The notes under the pieces are model-generated. The model did no database searches. It was not told the origin of the DNA and saw only the letters and a program-made list of their open reading frames with translations. Position numbers and translations under genes: made by a program. This document shows, one piece after another, positions 20,253 to 29,363 of a stretch of 64,000 nucleotides of DNA. Location: positions 9,275 to 73,274 of the forward strand of contig CBFHUR010000011.1 in NCBI GenBank assembly GCA_965658895.1. The letters run 5' to 3'. Source of the DNA: Candidatus Binatia bacterium (GTDB lineage: Bacteria; Desulfobacterota; Binatia; UBA12015). The number at the start of each line of letters is the position of its first letter. Position 1 is the stretch's first letter.

Positions 20253-21891
20253 CCTTGAGACCAAGGATCGGCTTCACGCCCTCGAAGATCGGCAAGACCA
20301 ACGCATCGACCACGAGACGCGAGATCTCGTATTCCTCCGCGTAGCCCCAACCCCCATGCAGAATCTGCGCTTCCTGCGTCGTCCGCACGGCAACATCACA
20401 GGTGAAGAGCTTCGACATTGCAGCAACCGGCGAGCGATAGTCGCCCGAGTCCATGATCCGCGCCGCTCGATAGGTCAACTGGCGACCCGCGGCCGCCTCG
20501 ACGGCCATTTTGCCGAGCTTGTGCTGGGTCAGCTGATACGACCCCAGAGTCTTTCCGAATTGAGAGCGCTCGTTGGCGTAAGCCGCCGCCGCTTCGATCG
20601 CTGCCTGCGACACACCCGTCGCGCGACCGCCGGTCTGCAAGCGCCCGGCTGCGAATCCGCCCATCTGGAGGACGAAACCACGGCCCTCACCACCGACCAG
20701 GTTGGTCGCCGGGACGAAATAGTTATCGATGCCAAGAGTATAGGAGTGCATGCCCCGATAACCCGGAGTGCGGTCCGCGTTACCCGTGATCGAGCCGCCA
20801 TGAGGCTGCTTCATTTCGAAGGCATGCCCCTCAAAGGAATCCTTGGGCACAATGAACAGCGAGAGGCCCTTGGCCCCGAGAGACGCATCAGGATCGGTGC
20901 GAGTCAGCATCGCAATCACGTTGGCGCGACCGGCGAAGGTGCACCACGCCTTGGCGCCATTGATAAAGTAGCCCTCGACCCCGTCGAGCTCGCCCTTCTC
21001 GGCGCGGATCTTCACGCTCGCGACATCGGAGCCGGTATCCGGCTCGGTCACCGAGATCGCGGCCATCACCTCGCCGCTGGCGAGTCGCGGCAGCCACTCG
21101 GCCTTCTGCTCCTCGGTGCCGCCGGTGATCAATGCCTTCGACAGGATCTCGGGACGGGTAATCAAACTTCCCGCCGCCGCCAGAGACGCGACCGATAATT
21201 CCTCGGTGGTCACGATCATCGCGACATTGCTCATACCCTGCCCGCCATACTCCTCGGGGATCGCCATGCCGAAATAACCCTGTTCCGCCATCTTCGAAAT
21301 GAAGCTCTCGGGCACAAGATCGTCATTCATGTGGATCTCTTGGGCATGGGGGGCAATTTCGGCCCTGGCAAAGGCACGGACGGTGTCTCGGGTCATTCGT
21401 TCGAGATCGTCTTCCCACCAGACGTCCGGCGTTGTTCCCAATTCCACAACACGCTGGCCGAGCGCCTCGATCCGACGATCGTCCATGCCCGAGCGAATAA
21501 ATTCGTTGATTTCTTCACTGCCCAGCGTGGCTTCGATCTGCTCGGAAGAAACGCCGAACACTTCCCCCTGCTCCATCGCCGAGGTGCGCGCGCGCGAAGC
21601 AACCATCGCCGCGAAAATGGCCGCAGTTTCGACGGCGAAGTCGTCGTGATCGCAAGCTTTCTCAGCGTACTCCAGCAGAGATTCGGCGGCCTCGACCTCG
21701 GTCGCGAGATTGGCCAACCTCTCGGTATGAACCTGATGGCTGTCGATATCCCGGCCTCCGTTGGTGCGCTCGCGCCCCGAGGCCAATGCCGCGTCCACGA
21801 TTTCGCGAAGGGATTTAGCCACACGGGTGACGCCCGCCAGAACTTCCCTGCGGCTCTCGTTGATATCAATTGCTTCGTTTATCGCTACCAT
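20224..21891 (-). CDS. mcd: Long acyl-CoA dehydrogenase, probable (2S)-methylsuccinyl-CoA dehydrogenase
   Basis: 555 aa from ATG 21891 (AGGAG SD); N-terminal extension, TEPDTGSD, GYRGM motif, ILHGGWGYAEEY; directly downstream of ecm. Confidence 0.7.
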   Translation of the reverse strand: MVAINEAIDINESRREVLAGVTRVAKSLREIVDAALASGRERTNGGRDIDSHQVHTERLANLATEVEAAESLLEYAEKACDHDDFAVETAAIFAAMVASRARTSAMEQGEVFGVSSEQIEATLGSEEINEFIRSGMDDRRIEALGQRVVELGTTPDVWWEDDLERMTRDTVRAFARAEIAPHAQEIHMNDDLVPESFISKMAEQGYFGMAIPEEYGGQGMSNVAMIVTTEELSVASLAAAGSLITRPEILSKALITGGTEEQKAEWLPRLASGEVMAAISVTEPDTGSDVASVKIRAEKGELDGVEGYFINGAKAWCTFAGRANVIAMLTRTDPDASLGAKGLSLFIVPKDSFEGHAFEMKQPHGGSITGNADRTPGYRGMHSYTLGIDNYFVPATNLVGGEGRGFVLQMGGFAAGRLQTGGRATGVSQAAIEAAAAYANERSQFGKTLGSYQLTQHKLGKMAVEAAAGRQLTYRAARIMDSGDYRSPVAAMSKLFTCDVAVRTTQEAQILHGGWGYAEEYEISRLVVDALVLPIFEGVKPILGLKVIGRSLLSA

Positions 21892-21958
21892 CCAATACTC
21901 CTGCTTTTTTTGCGAATTAGCTTGTTTTTCGGTTTGTGATGACGCTCGCATGCGCAGC

Positions 21959-23935
21959 TCAGCTCGCCGCCGCTGCAACCTCCACCATGTCGTCAATAAT
22001 CGCGAGCAAATCGTAATTTTTCGGTGTGTAGATCCGAGCGACGCCACGCTTGCGAAGCTTTTCGGCATCCTCGTCCGGCACAATCCCGCCCAGAACCAGA
22101 GGAATATCGCCACCGCCGCCGGCCTCGAGCCCGTCGAGAATCTGCGGGACCAGAGTCAGGTGAGAACCGGACAGGATACTCAAGCCCACGAGATCCACCG
22201 ATTCGTCACAGGCCGTGGCCACGATCTCCTCCGGAGAAAGTCGAATACCACCATAGATCACCTCGAGCCCGGCGTCAGCACAGGCCACGGCGATCTGCTC
22301 GGCTCCGTTGGAATGGCCGTCCAGTCCAGGCTTCCCGATCAGTACCTTGGGCCGATGCCCGAGCTTTTCGGAAACCGCATCGACATGCTCGCGCAGACTC
22401 AGCAAACGCGGATTGGCATCACTTGCGCCTGCTCCGGTCGCCGAAATCCCGGTTGGCGCGCGGTAATTCCCGAACAATTTCCGCAAGGCGCCAGCCCATT
22501 CACCGGTCGTAACGCCTGCGTGAGCGCACCGAATCGAGGGCAGCATGATATTGGTCCCATCTTCCGCGGCCGCGACCAACGCCGCGAGCGCTGACTCGAC
22601 CTCCGCTGCATCCCGGGACTCCCGAAAGGCGACCAGGGACGCAATTTGCTCCTCTTCCGCAGCTTCGTCCACCTGGAGGATGGCCTCGGCACCGCCCCCT
22701 CCAAGTGGGGACTCGGCGGTCTCCTGAAAGCGGTTGACGCCCACAACCGTCTGTTCGCCCTCTTCGATGCGCCGGAGACGATCAAACTGCGAGCGCACGA
22801 GTCGTTGCTTCACCCATCCAGAATCGACGGCCGCCACAATACCGCCCTGCTCGAGAACCTCGTCGAGTTCGGCGCGAGCCGCCGTGGCGATCTCCTCGAC
22901 CTTTCCCTCGATGACGGTCGAGCCCTCGAAGATATCGCCGTATTCCAGAATATCGGTCTCGAAAGCCAAAATCTGCTGGATCCGCAAACTCCATTGCTGG
23001 TCCCAGGGACGAGGCAATCCCAGCGCCTCATTCCAGGCGGGAAGTTGCAGGGCCCGACAGCGTGCGTCCTTGGACAAAGTCACCCCAAGCGACTCCAGGA
23101 CAATCCGGGTGATATTATTCTCTGGCTGCGCTTCGGTCAGACCAAGAGAATTCACCTGAACCCCGTAGCGAAACCGCCGCATGGCGGGGTCCTCGACCTT
23201 GTAGCGTTCTCGAGTAATCTGGTCCCAGAGGCGCCCGAAGGCGCGGAGCTTGCAAATCTCCTCGACAAAACGAATGCCCGAGTTCACAAAAAAGCTGATC
23301 CGTCCCACGACCTTGGCAATCGCGTCGGCGTCAAACTCCCCGGACGACTTCACCTCATCGAGAACAGCGATGGCCGCAGCCAGGGCGTAGGCGACCTCCT
23401 GGACCGGCGTCGCTCCTGCCTCCTGCAAATGATAACTGCAGACATTCGTCGGGTTCCATTTCGGAACCTCCTTGACGGTGTACCGCACGATATCACCCTT
23501 GAGCCGCATGCTGGCGGCTGGCGGGAAGATATAGGTCCCCCGAGAAAGGTATTCCTTGATAATATCGTTTTGAGTGGTGCCTTTGAGAGCCGACGTCTCG
23601 ACACCCTGCTTTTCTGCCACCGCGATGTAGAGGGCGAGCAGCCAGGCGGCGGTCCCGTTGATCGTCATCGAGGTGTTCATCGCCTCAAGCGGGATCTGAT
23701 CGAAGAGCCGTTCCATGTCTCCGATATGACTGATCGGCACCCCGACCTTGCCGACCTCGCCGCGCGCCAGAGGATCGTCACTATCGTATCCCGTCTGTGT
23801 TGGCAGATCGAAGGCGACAGATAATCCAGTCTGGCCCTTGCTCAGATTCAATCGATAGAGTTCGTTGGAAGCCCGGGCACTACTATGGCCCGAATACGTC
23901 CGCATTACCCAAGGTTTGGCTCGACTCACAGGCAT
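21959..23935 (-). CDS. ecm: Ethylmalonyl-CoA mutase (MeaA), B12-dependent
   Basis: PWVMRTYSGHSSA (vs RQYAGF in methylmalonyl-CoA mutase), KGQTGLSVAFDLPTQ, LPAWNEALGLPRPWDQQWSLR, B12 motif GLDGHSNG. Confidence 0.93.
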   Translation of the reverse strand: MPVSRAKPWVMRTYSGHSSARASNELYRLNLSKGQTGLSVAFDLPTQTGYDSDDPLARGEVGKVGVPISHIGDMERLFDQIPLEAMNTSMTINGTAAWLLALYIAVAEKQGVETSALKGTTQNDIIKEYLSRGTYIFPPAASMRLKGDIVRYTVKEVPKWNPTNVCSYHLQEAGATPVQEVAYALAAAIAVLDEVKSSGEFDADAIAKVVGRISFFVNSGIRFVEEICKLRAFGRLWDQITRERYKVEDPAMRRFRYGVQVNSLGLTEAQPENNITRIVLESLGVTLSKDARCRALQLPAWNEALGLPRPWDQQWSLRIQQILAFETDILEYGDIFEGSTVIEGKVEEIATAARAELDEVLEQGGIVAAVDSGWVKQRLVRSQFDRLRRIEEGEQTVVGVNRFQETAESPLGGGGAEAILQVDEAAEEEQIASLVAFRESRDAAEVESALAALVAAAEDGTNIMLPSIRCAHAGVTTGEWAGALRKLFGNYRAPTGISATGAGASDANPRLLSLREHVDAVSEKLGHRPKVLIGKPGLDGHSNGAEQIAVACADAGLEVIYGGIRLSPEEIVATACDESVDLVGLSILSGSHLTLVPQILDGLEAGGGGDIPLVLGGIVPDEDAEKLRKRGVARIYTPKNYDLLAIIDDMVEVAAAAS

Positions 23936-23969
23936 GACCCTAGCAATCCGTTACGCTTTGCGGGAGGCA

Positions 23970-24305
23970 TTATTGCGCACCGCCCGGGGCCGAGACTTTC
24001 TGAATGCTGGCAATCCAGGCGTGGTTGCCCTGAACCAGCATTCGGAATTCGACACGGTCTCCCTTGCCGATCCCGTCCAAAATGGACGAATCTCGAACCT
24101 CAAAAGGCATCGTCATCGCCTCCATGAACCCCGGTATCGCCTCATGGTCGATCACAACCGACCTCCGCGCCGCCTCCACACGAACCACGGTACCGCGAAC
24201 CTCATAGGCTACGCGATCTTCGCCTCGCTCGCTGCTGCAGCCAGCCGACAGAACAACGGCCAGGAGCGGCAGGAAAAGAATAAAACCGAACCTTCGCACC
24301 ATCAT
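23970..24305 (-). CDS. CusF-like metal-binding lipoprotein
   Basis: Lipobox LSAGC; IDHEAIPGFMEAMTMPF (His plus MxM); AGGAG SD. Confidence 0.85.
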   Translation of the reverse strand: MMVRRFGFILFLPLLAVVLSAGCSSERGEDRVAYEVRGTVVRVEAARRSVVIDHEAIPGFMEAMTMPFEVRDSSILDGIGKGDRVEFRMLVQGNHAWIASIQKVSAPGGAQ

Positions 24306-24335
24306 AAGTATGATCTCCTAACAGAAACGATCAAG

Positions 24336-24350
24336 TGGCACCTCAGTTGC
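24336..24350 (+). promoter_or_regulatory. Sigma54 (-24/-12) promoter candidate upstream of hbd
   Basis: TGGCAC-CTCAG-TTGC, exact GG-N10-GC spacing, 33 nt before ATG 24384. Confidence 0.65.
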
Positions 24351-24383
24351 CGAAAGAACCCGCTTGACGTAAGAGTTTGGCGT

Positions 24384-25274
24384 ATGAGCACAGCGGATAT
24401 CAAGAAGGTAGGCGTACTCGGGGCTGGACAGATGGGGCTGGGAATCGCCCAGGTAGCGGCCCAATCCGGGTATGAGACAATTTTGGTCAAGGCGACGCCC
24501 GGTGATACGGCCAAATTGCTCGAGAAAATCCTCGGCGGCTGGGATAAATTGGTCTCCAAGGGCCGCATGGAGCAGGCCGATCGCGATGCTGCCGCCAGCC
24601 GTCTCTCGGTGACAACCGAGTTCGAGGCTCTGGCCCCGTGCGATCTGGTCATCGAATCCATCATCGAGGATCTGGCGATCAAGCATCAAGCCTTTGACCG
24701 ACTCGACGGCATCTGCTCGGAGTCGGCGATCTTTGGCAGCAACACCTCGTCGCTCGGATTGACCGAGATTGCCGTGAAGACAAAACACCCCGAGCGGGTT
24801 GTCGGCCTTCATTTCTTCAATCCCGCGCCAGCGATGAAACTCGTCGAAGTCGCCGCCACCCTGCAGACCCGCGCCGACGTCACCGAAACCGCGCGTGCCT
24901 TTGCCGAAAGCTGCGGCAAGACACCGATTGTCCTCAAGGACTCGACGGGATTCGTGGTGAACCGCTTGCTGGTGCCTTATATGATCGACGCCATGCTGGA
25001 ATGGCAACGCGGAAACGGCTCTGTTCAGGACATCGATACCGCGATGTGTAATGGCGCAGCCCATCCGATGGGACCGTTTACCCTCGCGGACTTCATCGGC
25101 CTCGACGTGGTCAACGAGATGGCGACCAACCTCTACGAGGAATACGGCGAAGCTCGCTTTGCACCGCCCCCGATCCTCCGACGTCTGCTTCTGGCCGGTC
25201 AACTCGGCCGAAAGACAAAACTTGGATTCTACGATTATTCCGAGCGTCCGGCCAAGGCGAACCCTGCCCTCTAG
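24384..25274 (+). CDS. hbd: 3-hydroxybutyryl-CoA (3-hydroxyacyl-CoA) dehydrogenase
   Basis: GAGQMGLGIAQ, LVIESIIE, SNTSSL, GLHFFNPAP, GFVVNRLL, HPMGPFTLADFIGLD. Confidence 0.92.
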   Translation: MSTADIKKVGVLGAGQMGLGIAQVAAQSGYETILVKATPGDTAKLLEKILGGWDKLVSKGRMEQADRDAAASRLSVTTEFEALAPCDLVIESIIEDLAIKHQAFDRLDGICSESAIFGSNTSSLGLTEIAVKTKHPERVVGLHFFNPAPAMKLVEVAATLQTRADVTETARAFAESCGKTPIVLKDSTGFVVNRLLVPYMIDAMLEWQRGNGSVQDIDTAMCNGAAHPMGPFTLADFIGLDVVNEMATNLYEEYGEARFAPPPILRRLLLAGQLGRKTKLGFYDYSERPAKANPAL

Positions 25275-25296
25275 GCCCTGAAATATCGAATAGGCG

Positions 25297-25356
25297 AGCC
25301 TCCGGGTTGCGCGGAAGCCTTGCGGCAGCCGTTCATCGACCCGGAGGCTTTTCTTT
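25297..25356 (+). terminator. Extended hairpin/terminator after hbd
   Basis: 11-bp perfect stem AGCCTCCGGGT/ACCCGGAGGCT enclosing a second stem, followed by TTTTCTTT. Confidence 0.65.
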
Positions 25357-25367
25357 ATGGCCGGGAG

Positions 25368-26129
25368 TCAGGCCGGAGCCAGCGGCATGACCAATTCGAA
25401 GAAAGCCCCTTCTTTTTCATCGAGAAGGCGGAGCTCGCCGCCACAGGCCCTGGCGAGTTGTCGGCCGACAAACAACCCCACGCCCATCCCGCCTTTTCGG
25501 GTAGAATAGAAGGGATCGAAAATCTTCTCGGTCGCATCATCGGCAACCCCCGGCCCGTCATCGTGGACGCGAAAACTCAACGCCTCGCCCCCCGCCTGCG
25601 CCAAACCGGAAATCTGGAACTCGACGCGGCCACCTTGCGCCCCAAACGCGCACGCGTTGTCCAGCAGCACAATCATGATCTGCTTGACCACCTCGCGCGA
25701 TTGGGTGAGCGTCGCGTCAGGAGAGTCAACCTGCACGTCCAGGGATATTTCTCGTTCGGCGGCCCTCCCCAGCGCATATAACCGCAATTCCGCAGCGAGA
25801 ACCTGAACCTTCCACGGGTCGGCGACCTCGAGCTCGGGGGTGACAGCGATACGTGTGAGGCTCTCGATCTGCTCCTGCACACGGGCCACATCCTGCAGCA
25901 CGCGCGGGTAGTCCTGCTCACGAAATCTCTCGTTTGTGGACCATTGCTTCGGGAGCATGGCCAGGAAGCTGCCGATCGCCGTCAGGGGATTAGCCAGATT
26001 GTGCGCAATCCCGCCGAGCAAAATATTCAGCGCGGCGAGATTTTCGGCCTGACGCAACCGGACCTTCTCGGTTGCGGCCTCGCGTTCTTGCGTTTGGGGG
26101 AGGCGCGCACGCCCGGGTGCAGCACTCAT
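25368..26129 (-). CDS. Sensorless histidine kinase (DHp + HATPase_c only)
   Basis: GGIAHNLANPL H-box, LLDNA, DDGPG, FDPFYST, GMGVGL; in-frame stop just upstream of the ATG. Confidence 0.85.
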   Translation of the reverse strand: MSAAPGRARLPQTQEREAATEKVRLRQAENLAALNILLGGIAHNLANPLTAIGSFLAMLPKQWSTNERFREQDYPRVLQDVARVQEQIESLTRIAVTPELEVADPWKVQVLAAELRLYALGRAAEREISLDVQVDSPDATLTQSREVVKQIMIVLLDNACAFGAQGGRVEFQISGLAQAGGEALSFRVHDDGPGVADDATEKIFDPFYSTRKGGMGVGLFVGRQLARACGGELRLLDEKEGAFFELVMPLAPA

Positions 26130-26273
26130 CCAACCAACCCCGCCAAGCTAGCCCCATCTTCGGCTTCCACGTCCACAACCAACCTCACAAATCCGCAACG
26201 CCGGACTTTCCAAAGTCCCGACAGTGGGGACCCTTTCTCTGCTATGCCTGATTGCGAGCGCAGGAGCAAAGGC

Positions 26274-27308
<1,035 letters not shown>

Positions 27309-27419
27309 CGGCTCTTTTGTACCCACACTCCCTGTTTCGAACAACCGACAGAATCCGCTGTCGCCATCCTTGTGGAGCGGGGATTGACCCGGACCCCGAA
27401 AACAATCAACTGATAGATC

Positions 27420-27863
27420 ATGGCCGCCATCCTTCGCAGCGAAACCATTCACATTCCCCGTCCCCGGGCAGATGTCATTCGGGTACTGACCGATTTCGAG
27501 GCCTATCCCGAGTGGTCGGCCGCGTTCTCCGAGGCGACAATATTGGACCGTGGCCCCGATGAATTCGGCACCCGCGTCGCCTTCGCCATAGACATGACGA
27601 TCCGCACAGTCCGATACACTCTCGAATACGCCTACGAGCTTCCCGCCAAATTCTCCTGGCGGATGATCGAAGGCGACCTGACTTCCATCGAAGGTTTCTA
27701 TGAGCTGCAGGAAAAGGAGAGCGGCACCAGTTGCACCTGCCATCAGGCAGTCGAGACGGGGTTCTGGATCCCCGGACCCCTCCGCCGACTCGCGGAGGGG
27801 TCCGCGTTGCGCAATTCACTCGAGGAGCTTTCGACCGAGGTCCAGCGGCGGACTGCTGGATAG
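27420..27863 (+). CDS. SRPBCC/START (polyketide cyclase-like) domain protein
   Basis: VLTDFEAYPEW...YTLEY...FSWRMIEGDLTSIEGFYEL pattern. Confidence 0.82.
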   Translation: MAAILRSETIHIPRPRADVIRVLTDFEAYPEWSAAFSEATILDRGPDEFGTRVAFAIDMTIRTVRYTLEYAYELPAKFSWRMIEGDLTSIEGFYELQEKESGTSCTCHQAVETGFWIPGPLRRLAEGSALRNSLEELSTEVQRRTAG

Positions 27864-27955
27864 GCCTGCCCTTGACCGAGAACCGGCGAGGTGGCTTCCC
27901 TCCGGAATGCCGGTGCGGGAATCCGATTCCGGGAGCTTCCCGGCAGGGCACCCGA

Positions 27956-28483
27956 CTACTTCCTGACGGGATCGGGCTCGGGACTCACCTCAATCCGATC
28001 ACGCAACCCCGCATAAATGCTTGGGCCAATTCCCGGCACACCCAACAGTTCCTCGGGCCGAGCAAAGCGCAGCTCGGCCCGCCGCCGGGCAATTGCCTGC
28101 GCACGCACCTTGCCGATTCCCGGGAGGGCTGCCAATTCGGTTTCGGTTGCCCGATTGAGGTCCAGCGGTGGCGCGTCAACCGCCCAACTCGAGCCGACGG
28201 ATGCCAGCAAGCATACGACAATCAAGCCCAGCCATCGTCGTGCGATCTGCCCGGATCTACTCGATTGCCTCAATCGACGGCATTCGCCGGTGCCGCTCGT
28301 GCCGAGGGTGCCGAGGGTGCCAATGGCGCCGATCGTGCCCCCGGCTCCCTGTTTCCCGGCCTCGATTGCATGGCTGTCCACCGTGCAGGTGTTCGGGCCG
28401 TCGGGGGCCACCGGGATTACGGCTCCCGCACTCCACTCGACTGGGCCAGACTGTGTCCGGATTTGCTCTCTCTCTCTTCTCAT
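27956..28483 (-). CDS. comEA: ComEA-family helix-hairpin-helix DNA-binding protein
   Basis: LDLNRATETELAALPGIGKVRAQAI...EELLGVPGIGP; one TM/signal segment; AAGGAG SD before ATG 28483. Confidence 0.8.
   Translation of the reverse strand: MRREREQIRTQSGPVEWSAGAVIPVAPDGPNTCTVDSHAIEAGKQGAGGTIGAIGTLGTLGTSGTGECRRLRQSSRSGQIARRWLGLIVVCLLASVGSSWAVDAPPLDLNRATETELAALPGIGKVRAQAIARRRAELRFARPEELLGVPGIGPSIYAGLRDRIEVSPEPDPVRK
28290..28343. repeat. Imperfect 9-bp tandem repeat (about 6 units) in the comEA N-terminal region
   Basis: GTGCCGCTC GTGCCGAGG GTGCCGAGG GTGCCAATG GCGCCGATC GTGCCCCCG, encoding G-[TA]-x repeats. Confidence 0.7.
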
Positions 28484-28607
28484 GGCGATCTCTCCTTCTT
28501 GCTTTCTTGCATCCGCAGAATGGTTCGGCTTCCTTGTGACCGAGCAGCCCACCTGGTTTCGAGGTCACCCGCCCGGCCCAGCGAAGAGAGAAAACGATCT
28601 GCCAGCC

Positions 28608-29363
28608 ATGAACAATGACAGCCAAGACAATTCCGCCGCGGGACTCGACCACAATGATGGAATCGCAATCGAGTTTCCGGGAGCCGATACGCAACTTCGG
28701 GGTACCTTGTTCCGGGGAGGCCGGGCAGACGCACCGGGCGTGGTGCTGATTCCGGATGTCCACGGGATCTCGCGGCTTTATGAAGAACTCGGGGCAGCGC
28801 TGGCCAATGCTGGTCTGCGCACCCTCGTGCTGGACCTCTACACGCGTGAAGGCACCCCCCAACTCGGCGATATGCCCGCCGTATTCGAATGGATCGCAAA
28901 CCTGCCCGATGCTCGAATTCTCGGCGATATAGACGCGGCGCTCGACCACTTGGACAGGACCGGCAGCCCAAAGGTGGGCGTGGTCGGATTTTGCCTCGGC
29001 GGTCAATATTCCATCATGACGGCCTGCCGTAACGCAGAGGTCTCGGCCGCGGTGAGCTTCTACGGCATGCTTGCAACTCCCGAAAAGACAACGAACCGGC
29101 CAGCGGCGCCCCTCGACCTGATCGACAACCTTGGCTGCCCCTTGCTCGGCCTGTACGGAACCGAGGACGCGCTTGTACCCGGTGAGGACCTCGACCAACT
29201 GACGAGTGCCTGCAAAGAAGCCGGCCACCGTCTGTCATTGCACCGCTATCCCGGGGCAGGCCACGCTTTCCTGAACCGATTCCGTCCCGAGGCCTACCGC
29301 GAGCAAGCCGCTCGCGACGCATGGCAACGAGCGCTGGATTTCCTGACAGCCGAGTTAGGCTGA
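28608..29363 (+). CDS. Dienelactone hydrolase family protein
   Basis: LIPDVHG, GFCLGG nucleophile elbow, SFYG, YPGAGHAF. Confidence 0.92.
   Translation: MNNDSQDNSAAGLDHNDGIAIEFPGADTQLRGTLFRGGRADAPGVVLIPDVHGISRLYEELGAALANAGLRTLVLDLYTREGTPQLGDMPAVFEWIANLPDARILGDIDAALDHLDRTGSPKVGVVGFCLGGQYSIMTACRNAEVSAAVSFYGMLATPEKTTNRPAAPLDLIDNLGCPLLGLYGTEDALVPGEDLDQLTSACKEAGHRLSLHRYPGAGHAFLNRFRPEAYREQAARDAWQRALDFLTAELG

Noticed and set aside
25297-25356. GGAAG...GCAGCC resembling SRP RNA domain IV or a c-di-GMP riboswitch
   Set aside because: Conserved core nucleotides and length do not match. Kept only as a hairpin/terminator.
27901-27950. GGAATGCCGGTGCGGGAATCCG resembling the start of a cobalamin riboswitch (a B12 enzyme is nearby)
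   Set aside because: No B12-box (CCCGCNACTGT-like) element, and it lies between convergent gene ends rather than in a leader.
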